Shown here one piece after another: positions 51,596 through 61,107 of a stretch of 64,000 nt of DNA (position 1 is its first letter; each line of letters opens with the position of its first letter). The position numbers and the translations under genes were made by a program. The notes beneath the pieces are model-generated. The model saw only the letters and a program-made list of their open reading frames with translations. It did no database searches and was not told the origin of the DNA. The stretch covers positions 303,071 through 367,070 of the forward strand of contig JBAOHO010000012.1 of NCBI GenBank assembly GCA_037045355.1. Reading direction: 5' to 3'. Source of the DNA: Candidatus Nanopelagicales bacterium (lineage in GTDB: Bacteria; Actinomycetota; Actinomycetes; S36-B12; GCA-2699445).

Positions 51596-53883
51596 GTTGT
51601 CTCCTCGGACACTGGAAGCCTAAGTCGGAATGTACTGCCCTTGCCCAACTCCGACTCTACGGAGATGTCCCCGCCCATCGCACGGGCCAACTCCCGTGAG
51701 ATGAACAACCCCAGCCCGCTGCCCCCGGTTGTCATGGTCATCGGATCCTCGACGCGGTAAAAGCGTTCGAAGACTCGCTCCAAGGCGTCTGCCGGGATTC
51801 CGCGACCATGGTCGGTGACAGCGACGACAGCCCACGGCTGTCCGTCCGTGCGCCCGTACTCCACCTGGATGGCCGCGTCGTCGGGGGAGTACTTGCCGGC
51901 GTTGCCGATCAGGTTGGACAGACACTGCACCGCCCGCCCTCGGTCGCACCGTACGGTGACATCGGTGCCCACGATCTGCACTCGCTTCGCCAGATTCGGG
52001 AACGTGTCCATGGTCTCCTCGATCAGGTCGGACAGATCCGCGTCAGTCAGGTCGACGTCGAGTCGGGTCTCGTCGATCTCGGAGACTCGCGAGGCCAGGA
52101 GTAGGTCATCGACGAGGCGGGACAGGTGGTTGGCTCGTTCCTCGATCGTCTCCAGCACCGTCGATCGCTTCTCCGGCGTCATGCGCTCCCATCGAGTGGC
52201 CAGTAGGCGGGCGTAGCCCTTGATCGGTGTGATGGGGGTTCGCAGTTCATGGGACACGGTGGCGATGAAGTCGGACTTCATCCGCTCCACGCGACGCTGC
52301 TGGGTCACGTCGCGGACGGTCATCACGGACAGTTGGGCCTCATCGTCCAGCGGCACGACTGCGACGTTGAGTTCGCGAAGCTCGTCATCGGTCCGGGTGA
52401 TGGTCACGAACCGGCCCTCGGCCCCGGTGTCACTGCCTCGCAGCTCAGCCAAGACCTGCAGACCCTCCAACTCGGCGACTGCCGCGGGATCCTGTGCAAC
52501 CGACTGCGAGACGCCGGTGATGAACTCCATCGCCGGGCTCCACAGCACCACACTGCCAACTCCGTCGAACACCGCGATGCCATCGTTGGCGTTGTCGACA
52601 ACGGCAGTGAGTTTGGCGGTCTCACCGCGGAGATCGGCGAGGAGTTGACTCGCCCGGATCGCGCTGGATAGGGAACCGGCGAGACTCGTCAGGACGGGAG
52701 CGTCTTCGCCCTTGAGAGCCCAGGAGTTCCGACCACCACGGGCCCAGGGCATCCGCCGTTCAAGACCCGAGAGTCCCGAGGATGCTCCGAGAGCGAGTGC
52801 GGCGGCCTCATGCTCACCAAGGTCCAAAGTGATGACTACGCCGTCGCGCCATCCCGTCGGCACCAAGGCGGCGGTGATCGGGCGAGCAGTGCGGTCAGCG
52901 GTGGCTGCCAACTGCAGTTCTGTGGGCTGAGCCGGTGAGCTCGAGACTTCACCTGCGTCTCGCGAGCCGAGGTAGCTCATTGCTCCGACGACGATCAGAA
53001 CATCTTCGGCACCGAAGACGCGACGCACGGAGTCCGCTGCGGTCCGGGTCAACTGGACCGGATCCTGGGGCATGGAGAGAGTGTTGGACAACGCGACCAT
53101 GTACCGAAGGCGCTCGACAGCTTCACTGCGGCGTTGTGCTGCCTGGTAAACGAACCAAAGGACCGCTGTGGGGACAACCGTGAACACGGTCAGCGTGGGT
53201 GCCACCGGGATGAGTGCCACGAAACTCGCCGCCACGCTGACTGACAGGAATGCAACGATGAGGGTAGGGATCCATTGACCCTTGTCGGTCAGGAATTCCC
53301 GGATCGGGATGTTCTCAGCTACCTGGAGTATCCAACTGAGTAGGAGCATGTTGATCGTGCCCCAAATGAGTGCCGCGACGAAGAGAGCGACGATGGACTG
53401 GGCGCTGAAGAGATCGCCGTGATCGGCCAGCGCCCAGTAGCTGACGAATAGCGCGCTCGTGGCGATTCCGTAGGACCCGGCATTGAACAGTCGCTTGATG
53501 GGCGGCCGACGCAGGATCCACTCGGCGATGATCGTGCCGGCCACGAGCAACGGCAGGGCGACGCTGGGAGTGAAAAGCAGCAGAGCCCCTATCATGACGA
53601 ACTCGAAGTACGTCAGTTCCTCGAATCCGTCGCCGTGACGAACAGGGAAAAACATCAACTCAGAGACAACGGCGACGATCAGCAGGGCCGCGACCAGTGG
53701 AGTCTGATCCCATCTGATGAGGCCATCGGGAGTGGGGTGCGCCTCGAACCAGACCAGGGCACCAGCCACGGACAGAACCCCCGCCACCACCACGCCAAGC
53801 ACCAAGGCGCGAGACGAACGCACTCGGTGACTCGAGGGTGAGGGCGCAGGAACCTGCAGACCCATTTGGGGAGTCTGGGTCAT
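51592..53883 (-). CDS. Sensor histidine kinase with multi-helix membrane N-terminal domain and a PAS-like region
   Basis: About 8 N-terminal TM helices. H-box SHELRTPITPIKGY, N-box LIGNAGKYSP, DHGRGIP, GGSGLGLFISRE. Confidence 0.85.
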   Translation of the reverse strand: MTQTPQMGLQVPAPSPSSHRVRSSRALVLGVVVAGVLSVAGALVWFEAHPTPDGLIRWDQTPLVAALLIVAVVSELMFFPVRHGDGFEELTYFEFVMIGALLLFTPSVALPLLVAGTIIAEWILRRPPIKRLFNAGSYGIATSALFVSYWALADHGDLFSAQSIVALFVAALIWGTINMLLLSWILQVAENIPIREFLTDKGQWIPTLIVAFLSVSVAASFVALIPVAPTLTVFTVVPTAVLWFVYQAAQRRSEAVERLRYMVALSNTLSMPQDPVQLTRTAADSVRRVFGAEDVLIVVGAMSYLGSRDAGEVSSSPAQPTELQLAATADRTARPITAALVPTGWRDGVVITLDLGEHEAAALALGASSGLSGLERRMPWARGGRNSWALKGEDAPVLTSLAGSLSSAIRASQLLADLRGETAKLTAVVDNANDGIAVFDGVGSVVLWSPAMEFITGVSQSVAQDPAAVAELEGLQVLAELRGSDTGAEGRFVTITRTDDELRELNVAVVPLDDEAQLSVMTVRDVTQQRRVERMKSDFIATVSHELRTPITPIKGYARLLATRWERMTPEKRSTVLETIEERANHLSRLVDDLLLASRVSEIDETRLDVDLTDADLSDLIEETMDTFPNLAKRVQIVGTDVTVRCDRGRAVQCLSNLIGNAGKYSPDDAAIQVEYGRTDGQPWAVVAVTDHGRGIPADALERVFERFYRVEDPMTMTTGGSGLGLFISRELARAMGGDISVESELGKGSTFRLRLPVSEETT

Positions 53884-53902
53884 CTGGCCTCCGGGCTGGG
53901 TG

Positions 53903-55888
53903 TTACCGACCCCAGCCTGTCACGGCCCAGCGGCGTCCGGTCCAGATTTCGGTGGCCCAGCGGCGTCCGTCCCATGTGAAGTCGGCCCAGCGGCGTCCGG
54001 TCCAGGCTTCGGTGGCCCAGCGGCGTCCGTCCCATGTGAAGTCGGCCCAGCGGCGTCCGGCCCAAGCTTCGGTGGCCCAGCGGCGTCCTACCCAATCACT
54101 GGTGGCCCAGCGACGTCCGCCCCACTGCAACTCGGCCCAGCGGCGTCCGGTCCAGCCATCGGTGGCCCAGCGGCGCCCCTGCCAGTCCTCCGACCAGAGC
54201 TTTCCGATGTCGTCAGCCGACACCCGGGTCGTCCATGCGAAGGCGAGCCAGTCGGAACCCGCCCAGCGACGACCCTCCCATGCACCGGTCAACCAGGTGT
54301 CCTGTGCCCAGCGACGACCCTCCCAATCGATGGTGGCCCAGCGACGTCCGACCCAATCTTGGTCGGCCCACCGACGTCCGTTCCAGTCCTCGGTGGCCCA
54401 GCGCCGGCCGGCCCAGCGGCGTCCGACGAACTCGTCGTCATCGGACGTGAGTCCCCCGGTCAGGACAGCCAGGGACCAAGCGGTTGCTGCCCAGCGGCGG
54501 GTCTGCGGGGTCAGAGCCACCCAGGCCGCAACGACGGCCTTGAGGTCTCCGGCCTCCCAGGCGGCGGCGAAGGCGGCCCAAGCAGCGGCGTCAGCCTCAT
54601 CAGGGGCGTAGGCGCCCTTTTCCCAGTCGTACCGCAGCGGCTTGGTGGCGTCCAGGTCGGTGCCGACGGCGGTGGTCAGATCGAGTTGACCGGAGCCAGC
54701 GCCATTGCGCACGGACAGGGAGTCTGAGGTGAAGGCAGTCCCCATGAGAAGACGCTTGACGTCGTCAGGCTTGAGTGACTCGCGAGCGCCGAGCAGGGCA
54801 GCCGCTGCACCAGTGGTGACGGCGGAGGACATCGAGGTCCCGGTTCCCTTGAAGTACTTCTCACCGACGACAGCTTCTGGGTTCTCGACGTCGGCCAACG
54901 AACCCTCGGCGCGCAGTGAGACCAGGGACACGCCGGGTGCGACGACGTCAGGTCGCATGATCCCGAACGAGTTGCTCCAGGCTGAGAAGTCCGCGACGGC
55001 ATCGTCGGCGGGGTCGGTGGTCTTGCGGTCATCGGTGGCACCGACAGCGAGCAGGGCCGGATCGGCGGCGGGAGAAGTCACGGAGTTGAAGCCGTCGTTA
55101 CCCGCGGCCACGACCACGGTGACTCCGTCGGCCCACAGCGTTCGCAGCCCGCGAGTCAGCGGATCGAGGTACGGAGGGAGCGGGCTTCCCGTGGACAGGG
55201 CCAGGGACAGTACTTTGACGCTGTCGTCGGTGGCTCGACGATCCGCGACAGCCTGCAAGCCGGCCAAGACCTTGGACAACGACGTGGTGCCATCGGGAAG
55301 TGCCACCTGGACGTCGAGCACCTTGGCGTCGGGAGCGACACCTTGGTAAGCACCATCGGAGGATGCACCGTTGCCGGCGATCAGCCCGGCCAGGAAGGTG
55401 CCGTGCCCCAGCCCGTCACCGGCTTGCCCGCCGGAGACGTTCACGTGCTCGACGTCCACTTCACCGGTGTCGGCGACCCCGGTGTCGACGAGAGCGACCG
55501 TCACCCCGGACCCCGTGGCGGAGTCAGGGGTGCGGATCGTCTCGCGGTAAGTGCTGACCGGAGCTGCGGAGGCTTCGGTCGTACTGCCGTTGAACGTCAT
55601 CGCCTGGTCGGGGACAGCGACTGTCCCGGCAGGAGGAGGCGTTCCGGCGGGCAGAGTCACCAGCATGGCGCCGGCGACCGGGAACGATTGCAGGACCTGC
55701 CCGCCGGAGTGGGTGACATCGGCGGATACGGCGGACAGGTTTTCCCCTGCAACTGAAAGGAGGTAGCGGTTTTGCGGGTCCGATCCGGACGCGGAGGCCG
55801 CGGCCAGGAACGGTGTGACCAGCGCAACAGAAGCAACCCCAGCGAGTAGTCGCTTGCTGAGGATGCTGCCCCAAGGCTTTGTCCTCAT
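53903..55888 (-). CDS. Secreted subtilisin-like (S8) serine protease with a C-terminal GRRWA decapeptide repeat domain
   Basis: ATG at 55888 preceded by GGAGG. Signal peptide LLAGVASVALVTPFLAAASASG. Catalytic triad contexts VALVDTGV, GHGTFLAG, GTSMSSA. The last 173 codons are repeats. Confidence 0.85.
   Translation of the reverse strand: MRTKPWGSILSKRLLAGVASVALVTPFLAAASASGSDPQNRYLLSVAGENLSAVSADVTHSGGQVLQSFPVAGAMLVTLPAGTPPPAGTVAVPDQAMTFNGSTTEASAAPVSTYRETIRTPDSATGSGVTVALVDTGVADTGEVDVEHVNVSGGQAGDGLGHGTFLAGLIAGNGASSDGAYQGVAPDAKVLDVQVALPDGTTSLSKVLAGLQAVADRRATDDSVKVLSLALSTGSPLPPYLDPLTRGLRTLWADGVTVVVAAGNDGFNSVTSPAADPALLAVGATDDRKTTDPADDAVADFSAWSNSFGIMRPDVVAPGVSLVSLRAEGSLADVENPEAVVGEKYFKGTGTSMSSAVTTGAAAALLGARESLKPDDVKRLLMGTAFTSDSLSVRNGAGSGQLDLTTAVGTDLDATKPLRYDWEKGAYAPDEADAAAWAAFAAAWEAGDLKAVVAAWVALTPQTRRWAATAWSLAVLTGGLTSDDDEFVGRRWAGRRWATEDWNGRRWADQDWVGRRWATIDWEGRRWAQDTWLTGAWEGRRWAGSDWLAFAWTTRVSADDIGKLWSEDWQGRRWATDGWTGRRWAELQWGGRRWATSDWVGRRWATEAWAGRRWADFTWDGRRWATEAWTGRRWADFTWDGRRWATEIWTGRRWAVTGWGR
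53906..54424 (-). repeat. Coding tandem repeat array with 30-bp period (15 GRRWA units), including a 60-bp higher-order duplication
   Basis: CCCAGCGGCGTCCG recurs every 30 bp on the plus strand. 53941-54000 and 54001-54060 are 58/60 identical. Confidence 0.95.
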
Positions 55889-55967
55889 GGCTGCCTCCGC
55901 ACTCCGCACTCTTCCAAGATGAGGATCGGAAGGCCGGGTGGCCACATAAATGGGCCGATCGGGTGAA

Positions 55968-57530
55968 TCAACTCGTCAGGGATGCCGCTGCGGGCCGCTC
56001 AGTCCCGGTTTCAGTGACTGAGTGGGTTCCGGCGTCTGAGCGGCTTCCGTTGCCTCTGCCGGTTCCGGCGCCTGAGCTGGATCCGACGGTCGATCGGGTA
56101 CCGGAGGCCGCGCGGACTGTGTCCCGGCCGGCGGCCTTGGCCTCGTAGAGTGCGACGTCCGCCCGCGCGATGACCTCGTCAAGGTCGCCGTCACCGGCGG
56201 CGACGCCGATACTCACCGACAGATGGCCCGCAGGCGCGATGGCCGTGCAGTCCAGGGTGGCGACCGACGTGCGGATCCGGGCGGCCACGGCCTGGGCGAC
56301 TCCGCAGTCGGCTCCGTCGAGCAGCAGCAGGAACTCGTCTCCGCCGTAACGGACCAAGAGGTCATGGGGCCGGATCTGCGACCGGATCACCTCGGCCACG
56401 AGTCGCAGGACGGCGTCTCCGGAACGGTGCCCGACCTGGTCGTTGATCTGCTTGAAGTAGTCGAGGTCGATCATGAGCGCAGCGAACGGGTGCCGGGTGG
56501 TCCACTGCGCCAGGGCCCGCCGATTTCCCACGCCCGTGAGCGGATCGCGGCGCACATCAGCGCGCAGCTGGGAGTTGGTCAGTATCGAGTCGCGCATGGA
56601 CAGAACTCGCCGCATCGCCGTAGCGAGCGGACGACGCAAGGAATCGATCATCCGCCGGACGTCGGGGTCTTCGACCACGTGGGCAGATTCCGAGGCGAAT
56701 CGGAGGTCGAGGGTGATCGGAGCAGGGTCGGGCAACACCACCCGCACGGTCCGGCTGGTATCAGGTGGCAACTGAGCGACGACCCTGCCACGGATTCCCC
56801 CCCGACCCCCCAGTTCGAACCAGGTTCCCTGGTCCTGCACGTAGGTTCGGACGGCGGTGATGCGGCCGACCGGAGCGAGGGCTGCCAACGCCCTCCCCTC
56901 CAAGGCGATGGGTGCCAGCGTCGTGAGCAGCACGTCCTCCAGATTGGCCCGCACAGACTCCAGGTGCGCCGGCAGCCGATGATCGTCCCCGGGATCGGTT
57001 CGGGCCCCGAACACCACGCCTGATTGCACATCGCGCAGCACGCATGTCGGATCCAGACCCACACCCGTTTCGGCCACCAGACACCGCGCACCGATGTCCA
57101 ACCGTCCACCTGGCGGCAGAATTTCGATGGGTAGCCGGGTGCCGTAGTGCGACAACACCGGAAGCAGATCTGGGGTGGTCACGACCACCGCCTGCGAACC
57201 GAAGGACGCCTCCACCAGCGGCAGTGCCCCCAGCGTCGCCGGGTAGGCGTCATGTCCGAACACCCAGCGGATGTCCAAGTCCGCTCGCACCCGCGCGATC
57301 GCACCCAGCAAACCCGGCCAGGTCACAGATGAGCCGGGATCGATCAGCAGTGAACCGTTCGCGCCCACCAGTAGGTAGGCCACCACGGGACTCAGGTCCT
57401 GGCAGACAGCAGTGAATCTCCAGGTGCAGTCGTCAACTGCGGTGGCATCGACATCGACGGCCCGAGCGTCGGCACCGAGCAGGAATGCTCGTCCGTGCGA
57501 CATGGCCATTGTCTGCTCCCCGCGCTGCAC
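55968..57530 (-). CDS. Diguanylate cyclase with about 300-aa N-terminal domain of unknown type (start uncertain)
   Basis: C-terminal GGDEF domain (DYFKQINDQVGH, RYGGDEFLLLL). The N-terminal region carries no motif I can assign confidently. Confidence 0.85.
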   Translation of the reverse strand: MQRGEQTMAMSHGRAFLLGADARAVDVDATAVDDCTWRFTAVCQDLSPVVAYLLVGANGSLLIDPGSSVTWPGLLGAIARVRADLDIRWVFGHDAYPATLGALPLVEASFGSQAVVVTTPDLLPVLSHYGTRLPIEILPPGGRLDIGARCLVAETGVGLDPTCVLRDVQSGVVFGARTDPGDDHRLPAHLESVRANLEDVLLTTLAPIALEGRALAALAPVGRITAVRTYVQDQGTWFELGGRGGIRGRVVAQLPPDTSRTVRVVLPDPAPITLDLRFASESAHVVEDPDVRRMIDSLRRPLATAMRRVLSMRDSILTNSQLRADVRRDPLTGVGNRRALAQWTTRHPFAALMIDLDYFKQINDQVGHRSGDAVLRLVAEVIRSQIRPHDLLVRYGGDEFLLLLDGADCGVAQAVAARIRTSVATLDCTAIAPAGHLSVSIGVAAGDGDLDEVIARADVALYEAKAAGRDTVRAASGTRSTVGSSSGAGTGRGNGSRSDAGTHSVTETGTERPAAASLTS

Positions 57531-57754
57531 TGCTCGTGACCGGGATATCGGTCACGGGGGGACGCGACCGTAGCGGCACGTCCTGCGGCTCTGCCATTCG
57601 GGTGACCTCTCTTCCCATAAGGGTGACCACGCGGGGATCGGATTGCCGGGAATCCGGTGCCCTCCCGTCGCGCCGCGCCGGCCGCCTCCGGAAACGTTGG
57701 GGGACGGTTCCCGCCGATTCGTCCCGCGCCGTGCTTGCCGGGACAATAGGCGCG

Positions 57755-58993
57755 ATGAAACCACTTGACACGGACGTCCTCGTCATCGGCGCAGGCCCGA
57801 CAGGTTCTGCTGCGGCTGCATGGTCGGCGCGGGCCGGACTCGATGTGCTCGTCATCGATTCGCAGGACTTCCCCCGTGACAAGGCGTGCGGCGACGGACT
57901 CACGCCGCGGGCCATCGCCGAACTGACTCGGATCGGTATGGCTCCCTGGCTGTCCCACCGCCCCCGCAACTGGGGATTGCGCGCAGCCGGCTTCGGTCAG
58001 GTCTGGCACCTGCCGTGGCCCGGTGGTTCGATGCCGTCACACGGAAGCGCTGCGGCCAGGGTCGAGTTGGATGCCGAGGTCCTGGCGGTAGCTCGCGACA
58101 GTGGCGCCCGATTCGTCGGCGGACTCAAAGTGGCCGACATGAAGCCGGATAGCACTGGGCGGATCCGTGAAGTGACAGCTGCGGACGGGACTGTGATCGC
58201 GTGCCGACGGGTGGTAGTCGCGGATGGAGCCCGTTCCCCAGTGGGACGCCTCCTGCGCCGCCAGTGGCATCAGGAGACGGTCTTCGGAGTCGCTGCCCGG
58301 GCCTACGTCGACAGTGATCGCGCTGACGACCCGTGGATCTCCTCTCATCTGGAACTACGGGGTGACGCAGGAGAACTGCTCAGCGGATACGGCTGGATCT
58401 TCCCCCTCGGCAATGGGCAAGTGAACCTGGGCGTGGGTACGTTGGCCACCGATCGCCGACCGGCGGCGGTCAATCTGCGCCGGCTCATCGCCCACTACCA
58501 CCGCAGCCAAAGCGATCCGTGGGAACTGACTTCCGGTCCACGGAAGGTCAAGTCGGCACTGCTTCCCATGGGCGGAGCGGTGTCAGGGGTTGCCGGCCCC
58601 AACTGGGTGTTGGCGGGGGACGCTGCTGGCTGTGTCAACCCCCTCAACGGCGAAGGCATCGACTACGGGTTGGAGACGGGTCGGCTGGCCGCGGAACTGC
58701 TGGCGTCGAGTCACGAGTCCACCGATCTCTCAGGGTCTTGGGTCGACACCTTGACCACTCGGTACGGGCCTGCGTTCTCCGCCGCGCGGCGCCTGGCGGG
58801 CCTGCTCACCGCGCCGGAGTTCCTGCGCACCGCGGGCCCCGTGGGGATGCGGTCCCGGCCCTTGATGACAGTGGCCCTGAGGGTCATGGGCAATCTGGTG
58901 ACGCCGGAGGACACCGATGCCGTGGCACGACTGTGGCGGGGGCTCGGCGCCACTTCGCTGAGGCTCGACCACAGACCCCCGTTCGCGGCCTGA
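57755..58993 (+). CDS. FAD-dependent oxidoreductase, geranylgeranyl reductase family
   Basis: ATG at 57755. DVLVIGAGPTGSAAA dinucleotide-binding motif, KACGDGLTP, GDAAGCVNPLNGEGI. Confidence 0.8.
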   Translation: MKPLDTDVLVIGAGPTGSAAAAWSARAGLDVLVIDSQDFPRDKACGDGLTPRAIAELTRIGMAPWLSHRPRNWGLRAAGFGQVWHLPWPGGSMPSHGSAAARVELDAEVLAVARDSGARFVGGLKVADMKPDSTGRIREVTAADGTVIACRRVVVADGARSPVGRLLRRQWHQETVFGVAARAYVDSDRADDPWISSHLELRGDAGELLSGYGWIFPLGNGQVNLGVGTLATDRRPAAVNLRRLIAHYHRSQSDPWELTSGPRKVKSALLPMGGAVSGVAGPNWVLAGDAAGCVNPLNGEGIDYGLETGRLAAELLASSHESTDLSGSWVDTLTTRYGPAFSAARRLAGLLTAPEFLRTAGPVGMRSRPLMTVALRVMGNLVTPEDTDAVARLWRGLGATSLRLDHRPPFAA

Positions 58994-59074
58994 TCCGGCG
59001 CCGTGGAACGGTCGGGTGGGCGCGCCTGAACACCGGGGCTGGCTCGGCCGGAAACGCTGAGGCGGTTCGACGAG

Positions 59075-60262
59075 TTACGTCGCCAGGTCCGCGAGCACAG
59101 CCGAGACGCTGCGCCCGTACGCATCGGGTGTCGCCGGTGCCGGGATCGACACCGGGGTCCGATCGCGCAGGTCGATGACCGCGTTCGCCGCGGTGATGGT
59201 TGTGGGACTGTCTGCGAGGGTGGCGAACTGCTGCAGGACCCGATCGGCTTGGTGGGCGGCCGCCCAAGTCTGGGCCACCCGGTCGACCCGCACCCGGTCG
59301 GCAAGTCGGAGGATCTCGCGCTTGATGCGGTTTCGCTCGGTCTGGGAGCCCTCGGGAAGCAGCGACTCCAGAACCGGTCGAGCGACAAATATCCAGCCCA
59401 GCACCCAGAACGGCAGATCGCCGGCAATGTGGTGTCCGTGCCAGCGCAGCGCCTGGGCGGCCACCAGCGCGACGGACTCTTCCGTGATCGGGCCGTCCGG
59501 CCAGCCCGCGACGCTGTCGTTGGCCCGTCGGGCGGCGACCTCGGCAGCACGCACCAGCCCTGCCTGTTCCGGATCCGCCAGATCTCGGGTCAGGCCCCAT
59601 ACGACGTCACGGGCTGTCCTGGCGTCGGCGGCACCGGTCAGGACCGATATCGCTGCGCTGTTGCGCAGCAGCGCCCCAGGCACATCCATGCCCCGCAACG
59701 GGTAGTCACGGTCGGGGTCGGAACAAGTACACATGTCGGGCATGAGTGAGGCGCTCACCCGGGCGGCGATTGCTGTGACCAGAGACGCGCAGTCGGTCGT
59801 TTGATCCTGACCTTCGGGATCGCGCAGGCGCCGGACTCCCGCCAGTGCATTGCGCATGTCGTCGTCTGTCATGGCGCGGTAGTCGCTGAGCCAGTAGGGG
59901 TTGGGCGGCCCGTACTTGTGTTCGTGGAAGACCTCACCGTCGGCGCGCACCACTGGGTGGGCCGAGCTGCTGTCGGACCAGTCCGAGAGGACACCGCCGC
60001 GCACGCGCAGGAAACCACCGGAGGGCATAGCGATGTCGTAGTCCGGTTGGGTGTCGGGCACGAGGCCACCACGAGGCGGACCGACGTAGTGGCCGGGATG
60101 GAGGCAGACGTTCGACCACCACAGATTCACCCGCCCTTGGCGTTGGTTCACGTGAACGTAGTCGTGTCGACCGGTGAAGGCTCCCCAGGGCTGCGGCTGA
60201 GGCAGCCAACGACAGACCGCCAGCACATCGGGGTGATCCCGTCCGGCGACCGTCGCGCTCAT
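59075..60262 (-). CDS. Hypothetical protein (395 aa, no recognisable family)
   Basis: Long ORF with protein-like composition. No motif I can assign. Confidence 0.45.
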   Translation of the reverse strand: MSATVAGRDHPDVLAVCRWLPQPQPWGAFTGRHDYVHVNQRQGRVNLWWSNVCLHPGHYVGPPRGGLVPDTQPDYDIAMPSGGFLRVRGGVLSDWSDSSSAHPVVRADGEVFHEHKYGPPNPYWLSDYRAMTDDDMRNALAGVRRLRDPEGQDQTTDCASLVTAIAARVSASLMPDMCTCSDPDRDYPLRGMDVPGALLRNSAAISVLTGAADARTARDVVWGLTRDLADPEQAGLVRAAEVAARRANDSVAGWPDGPITEESVALVAAQALRWHGHHIAGDLPFWVLGWIFVARPVLESLLPEGSQTERNRIKREILRLADRVRVDRVAQTWAAAHQADRVLQQFATLADSPTTITAANAVIDLRDRTPVSIPAPATPDAYGRSVSAVLADLAT

Positions 60263-60448
60263 CGCCTGACCTGTGACGTACTCATGGTGTCGTCAGCCTA
60301 TGTCGCGATCAGCGGTTTCCACTGGACAGGCGCAAAACAACTGCTCCGCGATTCGGCGGATCCCGGACACCGCCCGACTCGTGATAGCCGATGGGGTGGC
60401 GAGCCGACCGCGGGCGCGCTGCCACGTGGGACAAGCGATGATGGAGGG

Positions 60449-61084
60449 GTGGATCGCCAGGGGTTGGTCCGGACACTGCGCTTCGACGGAATCGTCGATG
60501 AGCGGGTGTTGGCTGCGATGGCGTCGGTGCCGCGTGACCGGTTCGTCGATCCGCAGTTCCGCGCAGAGGCGTGGGAGAACCACCCGCTCCCGATCGGCGC
60601 GGGTCAAACCATCTCGCAGCCCTACGTGGTCGCGTACATGACCGAGAAGTTGGACTTGCGGCCGGGTGACCGGGTGCTCGACGTCGGCAGTGGCTGTGGC
60701 TACCAAGCGGCGGTGTTGGCTGAGATCGGCTGCCACGTCAGTGGGATCGAACTGGTGGCCGAGTTGGCGGAGCGAGCCAGGGCGACACTGGGCGAACTGG
60801 GCTACAGCATCGATATCGCCATCGGTGACGGCACGGCTGGTCGCCCGGATCGAGCACCCTTCGACGCGATCCTGGTCGCTGCCGCGGCGGCCGCGGTCCC
60901 GCGGGCCCTGCTGGACCAACTCCGGGCCCCGGAGCCGGGAAGGCGCGGCGGTCGCATGATCCTCCCGCTGGTCGATGCGGACTTCGGCAACGTACAACGG
61001 CTGGTGCTCATCACTCGGACTGCTGACGGCTACCACGAGGAAGAACTGCTGGGAGTTCGTTTCGTGCCGCTGTTGGGCAGTTGA
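60449..61084 (+). CDS. pcm: Protein-L-isoaspartate O-methyltransferase (GTG start inferred)
   Basis: TISQPYVVAYM, SAM-binding VLDVGSGCGYQAAVLA, PFDAILVAAAA. Confidence 0.85.
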   Translation: MDRQGLVRTLRFDGIVDERVLAAMASVPRDRFVDPQFRAEAWENHPLPIGAGQTISQPYVVAYMTEKLDLRPGDRVLDVGSGCGYQAAVLAEIGCHVSGIELVAELAERARATLGELGYSIDIAIGDGTAGRPDRAPFDAILVAAAAAAVPRALLDQLRAPEPGRRGGRMILPLVDADFGNVQRLVLITRTADGYHEEELLGVRFVPLLGS

Positions 61085-61107
61085 ACGAACAGCGCTGGGA
61101 TGTGTCG

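Noticed and set aside
53838-54727. Plus-strand ORFs (257 and 275 aa) with striking AQRRP / GPAASGP repeats.
   Set aside because: They are alternative-frame and antisense readings of the 30-bp GRRWA coding repeat of the minus-strand S8 protease. The periodic DNA keeps all frames open. Only the minus-strand frame is contiguous with a catalytic domain and a signal peptide.
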